A stretch of 64,000 bases of DNA from the human T2T-CHM13v2.0 reference genome, Homo sapiens, in the NCBI RefSeq assembly GCF_009914755.1, contig NC_060948.1; one strand, given 5' to 3'. Each line of letters starts with the position of its first letter. Position 1 is the first letter of the stretch. Below the pieces are notes generated by a model. It was not told the origin of the DNA, did no database searches, and saw nothing but the letters and a program-made list of their open reading frames with translations. Shown in pieces: positions 57,631 through 64,000 of the stretch. A program made the position numbers and the translations under genes.

Positions 57631-59733
57631 AGATCCATATTTTTTAAATGAAAAAAAATTTCAAAGGTACTCTGCTTGGTACAATAATCAAATGTATAAA
57701 CTGAGGAATAAAACATAACCATGAAACCTACTTATAACTGCATATGGAAAATACAGAGGATAATTTTTTAAATAACATATTTTGAAAGCCTTAACTAGTA
57801 ATTTGAAGAGTTGGCATTTGAAAGGCCAGTATGAATATACCTTCAAAGCAGCAACACAGGTTCCCCATGAGAAAAAGCAAACTCAGGGAAAATAAAACCA
57901 CAAAGGTTCAATCTCTTCTGACCTTTGAAAGACACAGCACAGACAGTGGTCCTTAGGACGAAGAGCAGGAGACCCCTAATTCCGTCACCATGGCGATAGG
58001 GCATAAACATTGCTGGGTGAGGGCACAATCCACCTTGTGAGGTCCAACTGCTGCCAGAAAGACAGGAGTGCTTTTACATAGACCGAAAGGTCATTGAAGG
58101 CTCAGAGTTTTGTTTCAAGAACTGAATCCCAAGCCCACACGTTATTAGGCTGTGCTTCTTAAAACAAGTTATGAGATGGGAAAAAGGGCACCCACAAACA
58201 TACGTATACATTATGTATATATTAATATACAGTATCATATATATAATATATATAACCTATGTATAATATTGTTTTACATCCTGCATCTTATATTATATAT
58301 ATTGTATAAATTATAATAATTGATAATATATAAGTTTTATATTTATACAATATGACATATAGTATATATTATAATTTATGACATATATATTATATGTTAT
58401 ATATCATATATGGAATATATTATACGGTTAATATACGTATTAAATATAAATTATACATTATATATATTATATAAAATATATCTGTTATATATAATACCCA
58501 TTATGCATAATATATATATTATGTCTATGTTATATATAGTATAAAACAACATATAATAATATATAATTGTATATATAAAATGCGACATATAATATATATT
58601 ATATTTTATGACATTTGTAATATGTATTATATATTATATATAATACGTTGTATGTATAATACCTATATTATATATATATTATATGACTACGTTATTAATT
58701 ACATGTCAAATATGTTATATATTATATATTTTACATAGAATATACCGGTTACATACAATATATACTATGTTACCTATAATGTATAATTGATTACATGTAA
58801 AATAAAGAATGCAATATATTATGTATAATTTATACTATAGAATATGTGGAATGTGATATATATAACATATAATATATGATATATGATATACAGTATATGA
58901 TATATAACATACAATATATGATACCTGAAATATATGGTATACAATATATATTTTATGATATGTATTCTCTATGTTTTATATTCTGTTATATATAACTATT
59001 TGAAATTATATATAACTGTATAATATTTTATGTAAATATGTAATATAATATATATAACTATATAATATTTTATATATAACTATATATTATGTTATATATA
59101 CTTTTATAACATAATTTACATAAAATATCATAATATAATATATATTATATTATTTCATATTACATAATATACATTCCATATCACCCAATATAAGTAACAT
59201 ACATAATATTATAATATAGATTATATTATGTTATATTAAATTTCATATATATCATGTATCATATATTCCATAATATATATTATACATTATATAATATGTA
59301 TGTTGTCTATTATGTGATATATATAACTATATATATAATTATATTGTTATACATATAACTAGATAAACATGTAATTCTACATATTTTCATTTATAATATA
59401 AAGAATTATATAATCATATATAATTATTTATATTCTATAAAAAATTATATCATTATATATTATAATATATAAAAATCATAATATGTCCTACAAATATATA
59501 TATTATATATCATATATGATATAGTACCTTTGTTATATATCATAATACATATAAATGTGTATTATGTTATCTATAATTATATAATTTCATATATAAGATG
59601 TATAATATGTATTATATATTATATATGTTATGTAATATATATAGTATATATAAGATGACACAGGATAAATATTATATACTATGACATATAAAATATAAGA
59701 GGTTATATGTTACATATAAGGCATAGCACATAA

Positions 59734-60047
<314 letters not shown>

Positions 60048-62175
60048 AGATCCATATTTTTTAAATGAAAAAAAATTTCAAAGGTACTCTGCTTGGTACA
60101 ATAATCAAATGTATAAACTGAGGAATAAAACATAACCATGAAACCTACTTATAACTGCATATGGAAAATACAGAGGATAATTTTTTAAATAACATATTTT
60201 GAAAGCCTTAACTAGTAATTTGAAGAGTTGGCATTTGAAAGGCCAGTATGAATATACCTTCAAAGCAGCAACACAGGTTCCCCATGAGAAAAAGCAAACT
60301 CAGGGAAAATAAAACCACAAAGGTTCAATCTCTTCTGACCTTTGAAAGACACAGCACAGACAGTGGTCCTTAGGACGAAGAGCAGGAGACCCCTAATTCC
60401 GTCACCATGGCGATAGGGCGTAAACATTGCTGGGTGAGGGCACAATCCACATTGTGAGGTCCAACTGCTGCCAGGAAGACAGGAGTGCTTTTACATAGAC
60501 CGAAACGTCATTGAAGGCTCAGAGTTTTATTTCAAGAACTGAATCCCAAGCCCACACGTTATTAGGCTGCGCTTCTTAAAACAAGTTATGAGATGGGAAA
60601 AAGGGCACCCACAAACATACGTATACATTATGTATATAATAATATACAGTATCATATATATAATATATATAACCTATGTATAATATTGTTTTACATCCTG
60701 CATCTTATATTATATATATTGTATAAAATATAATAATTGATAATATATAAGTTCTATATTTATACAATATGACATATAGTATATATTATAATTTATGACA
60801 TACATAATATATGTTATATATCATATATAGAATATATTATACGGTTAATATACGTATTAAATATAAATTATACATTATATATATTATACATAATATATCT
60901 GTTATATATAATACCCATTATGCATAATATATATATTAGGTCTATGTTATATATAGTATAAAACAACATATAATAATATATAATTGTATATATAAAATGC
61001 GACATATAATATATATTATATTTTATGACATATGTAATATATATTATATATTATATATAATACGTTGTATGTATAATATCTATATTAAATATATATTATA
61101 TGACTATGTTATTAATTACATGTCACATGTGTTATATATTATATATTTTACATAGAATATACCGGTTACATACAATATATACTATGTTACCTGTAATGTA
61201 TAATTTAATACATGTAAAATAAAGAATGCAATATATTATGTATAATTTATAATATACAATATGTGGAATGTGATATATATAACATATAATATATGATATA
61301 TGATATACAGTATATGATATATAACATACAATATATGATACCTAATATATATGGTATACAATATATATTTTATGATATGTATTCTCTATGTTTTACATTC
61401 TGTTATACATAACTATTTGAAATTATATATAACTGTATAATATTTTATGTAAATATGTAATATAATATATATAACTATATAATATATTATATATAACTAT
61501 ATATTATGTTATATATACTTTTATAACATAATTTACATGAAATATCATAATATAATATATATTATATTATTTCATATTACATAATATATATTACATATCA
61601 CCCAATATAAGTAACATACATAATATTATAATATAGAATATATTATGTTATATTAAATATCATATATATCATGTATCATATATGCTATAATATATATTAA
61701 ACATTATATAATATGTATGTTGTCTATTATGTGATATATATAACTATATATATAATTATATTATTATACATATAACTAGATAAACATGTAATTCTACATA
61801 TTTAGATTTATAATATATATAATTATATAATCATATTTAATTATTTAAATTCTATAAAAAATTATATCATTATATAAATTATAATATATAATAATTATAA
61901 TATGTCCTACAAATATATATATTATATATCATATATGATATAGTACCTTTGTTATATATCATAATATATATAAATGTGTATTATGTTATCTATAATGATA
62001 TAATTTCATATATAAGATGTATAATATGTATTATATATTATATATGTTATGTAATATATATAGTATATATAAGATGACACAGGATAAATATTATATACTA
62101 TGACATATAAAATATAAGAGGTTATATGTTACATATAAGGCATAGCACATAACATGTAATATATATCATCTATAA

Positions 62176-62466
62176 TTTTTTTTTAGACAGAGTCTTGTCC
62201 TGTTGCACAGGGTGGGGTACAATGGCGCCATCTTTGCTCATTGCAACATCTGCCTCACGGGTCCAAGCGATTGTCCTCCCTCAGCCTCCCAGGTAGCTGG
62301 GACTACACCACACTGGGACTACACCAGCTGCCACCATGCCTAGCTAATTTTTTGGATTTTAGTAGGGACAGCGTTTCACTGTATTGGCCAGGATGGTCTT
62401 GATCTCTTCACCTTGTGATCCCCTTGCCTTGGCCTCCAAATTTGCTGGGATTACAGGCCTGAGCCA
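62176..62466 (-). mobile_element. Diverged Alu (DYZ2 copy 7)
   Basis: Same Alu signature. Confidence 0.95.
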
Positions 62467-64000
62467 AGATCCATATTTTTTAAATGCAAAAAAATTTCAA
62501 AGGTACTCTGCTTGGTACAATAATCAAATGTATAAACTGAGGAATAAAACATAACCATGAAACCTACTTATAACTGCATATGGAAAATACAGAGGATAAT
62601 TTTTTAAATAACATATTTTGAAAGCCTTAACTAGTAATTTGAAGAGTTGGCATTTGAAAGGCCAGTATGAATATACCTTCAAAGCAGCAACACAGGTTCC
62701 CCATGAGAAAAAGCAAACTCAGGGAAAATAAAACCACAAAGGTTCAATCTCTTCTGACCTTTGAAAGACACAGCACAGAGAGTGGTCCTTAGGACGAAGA
62801 GCAGGAGACCCCTAATTCCGTCACCATGGCGATAGGGCATAAACACTGCTGGGTGAGGGCACAATCCACATTGTGAGGTCCAACTGCTGCCAGGAAGACA
62901 GGAGTGCTTTTACATAGACCGAAAGGTCATTGAAGGCTCAGAGTTTTGTTTCAAGAACTGAATCCCAAGCCCACACGTTATTAGGCTGCGCTTCTTAAAA
63001 CAAGTTATGAGATGGGAAAAAGGGCACCCACAAACATACGTATACATTATGTATATAATAATATACAGTATCATATATATAATATATATAACCTATGTAT
63101 AATATTGTTTTACATCCTGCATCTTATATTATATATATTGTGTAAAATATAATAATTGATAATATATAAGTTTTATATTTATACAATATGACATATAGTA
63201 TATATTATAATTTATGACATATATAATATATGTTATATATCATATATAGAATATATTATACGGTTAATATACGTATTAAATATAAATTATACATTATATA
63301 TATTATATATAATATATCTGCTATATATAATACACATTATGCATAATATATATATTATGTCTATGTTATGTATAGTATAAAACAACATATAATAATATAT
63401 AATTGTATATATAAAATGCGACATATAATATATATTATATTTTATGACATCTGTAATATATATTATATATTATATATAATACGTTGTATGTATAATACCT
63501 ATATTAAATATATATTATATGACTATGTTATTAATTACATGTCACATATGTTATATATTATATATTTTACATAGAATATACCGGTTACATACAATATATA
63601 CTATGTTACCTATAATGTATAATTTATTACATGTAAAATAAAGAATGCAATATATTATGTGTAATTTATACTATAGAATATGTGGAATGTGATATATATA
63701 ACATATAATATATGATATATGATATACAGTATATGATATATAACATACAATATATGATACCTGAAATATATGGTATACAATATATATTTTATGATATGTA
63801 TTCTCTATGTTTTATATTCTGTTATATATAACTATTTGAAATTATATATAACTGTATAATATTTTATGTAAATATGTAATATAATATATATAACTATATA
63901 ATATTTTATATATAACTATATATTATGTTATATATACTTTTATAACATAATTTACATAAAATATCATAATATAATATATATTATATTATTTCATATTACA

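Overview
Non-coding primate (almost certainly human) Y-chromosome Yq12 heterochromatin spanning a DYZ1/DYZ2 block boundary. 1-46929 is a head-to-tail array of ~3.53-3.58 kb units built from degenerate GGAAT pentamers (human satellite 3, DYZ1): 13 full units plus a 680-bp partial unit, with one EcoRI and one HaeIII site per unit. 46930-64000 is a head-to-tail array of ~2.42 kb composite units (DYZ2/HSat1B), each an extremely AT-rich tract + a diverged antisense Alu + a ~570-bp more complex segment. No credible protein-coding or structural RNA gene is present; all track ORFs are repeat translations. Most noteworthy: (i) each DYZ1 unit carries three perfect nGAAnnTTCnnGAAn heat-shock elements written in the pentamer register; (ii) nested higher-order structure (a 9-unit variant block, a recent 3-unit ~10.7-kb tandem duplication, 2-unit periodicity in DYZ2); (iii) a sharp junction with a 3-bp microhomology followed by a ~768-bp deletion in the first DYZ2 unit; (iv) AluSc-like diagnostics and a fixed 16-bp duplication in the DYZ2 Alu. 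I found no evidence for a new gene system; all comparisons were made by eye and need confirmation by alignment.
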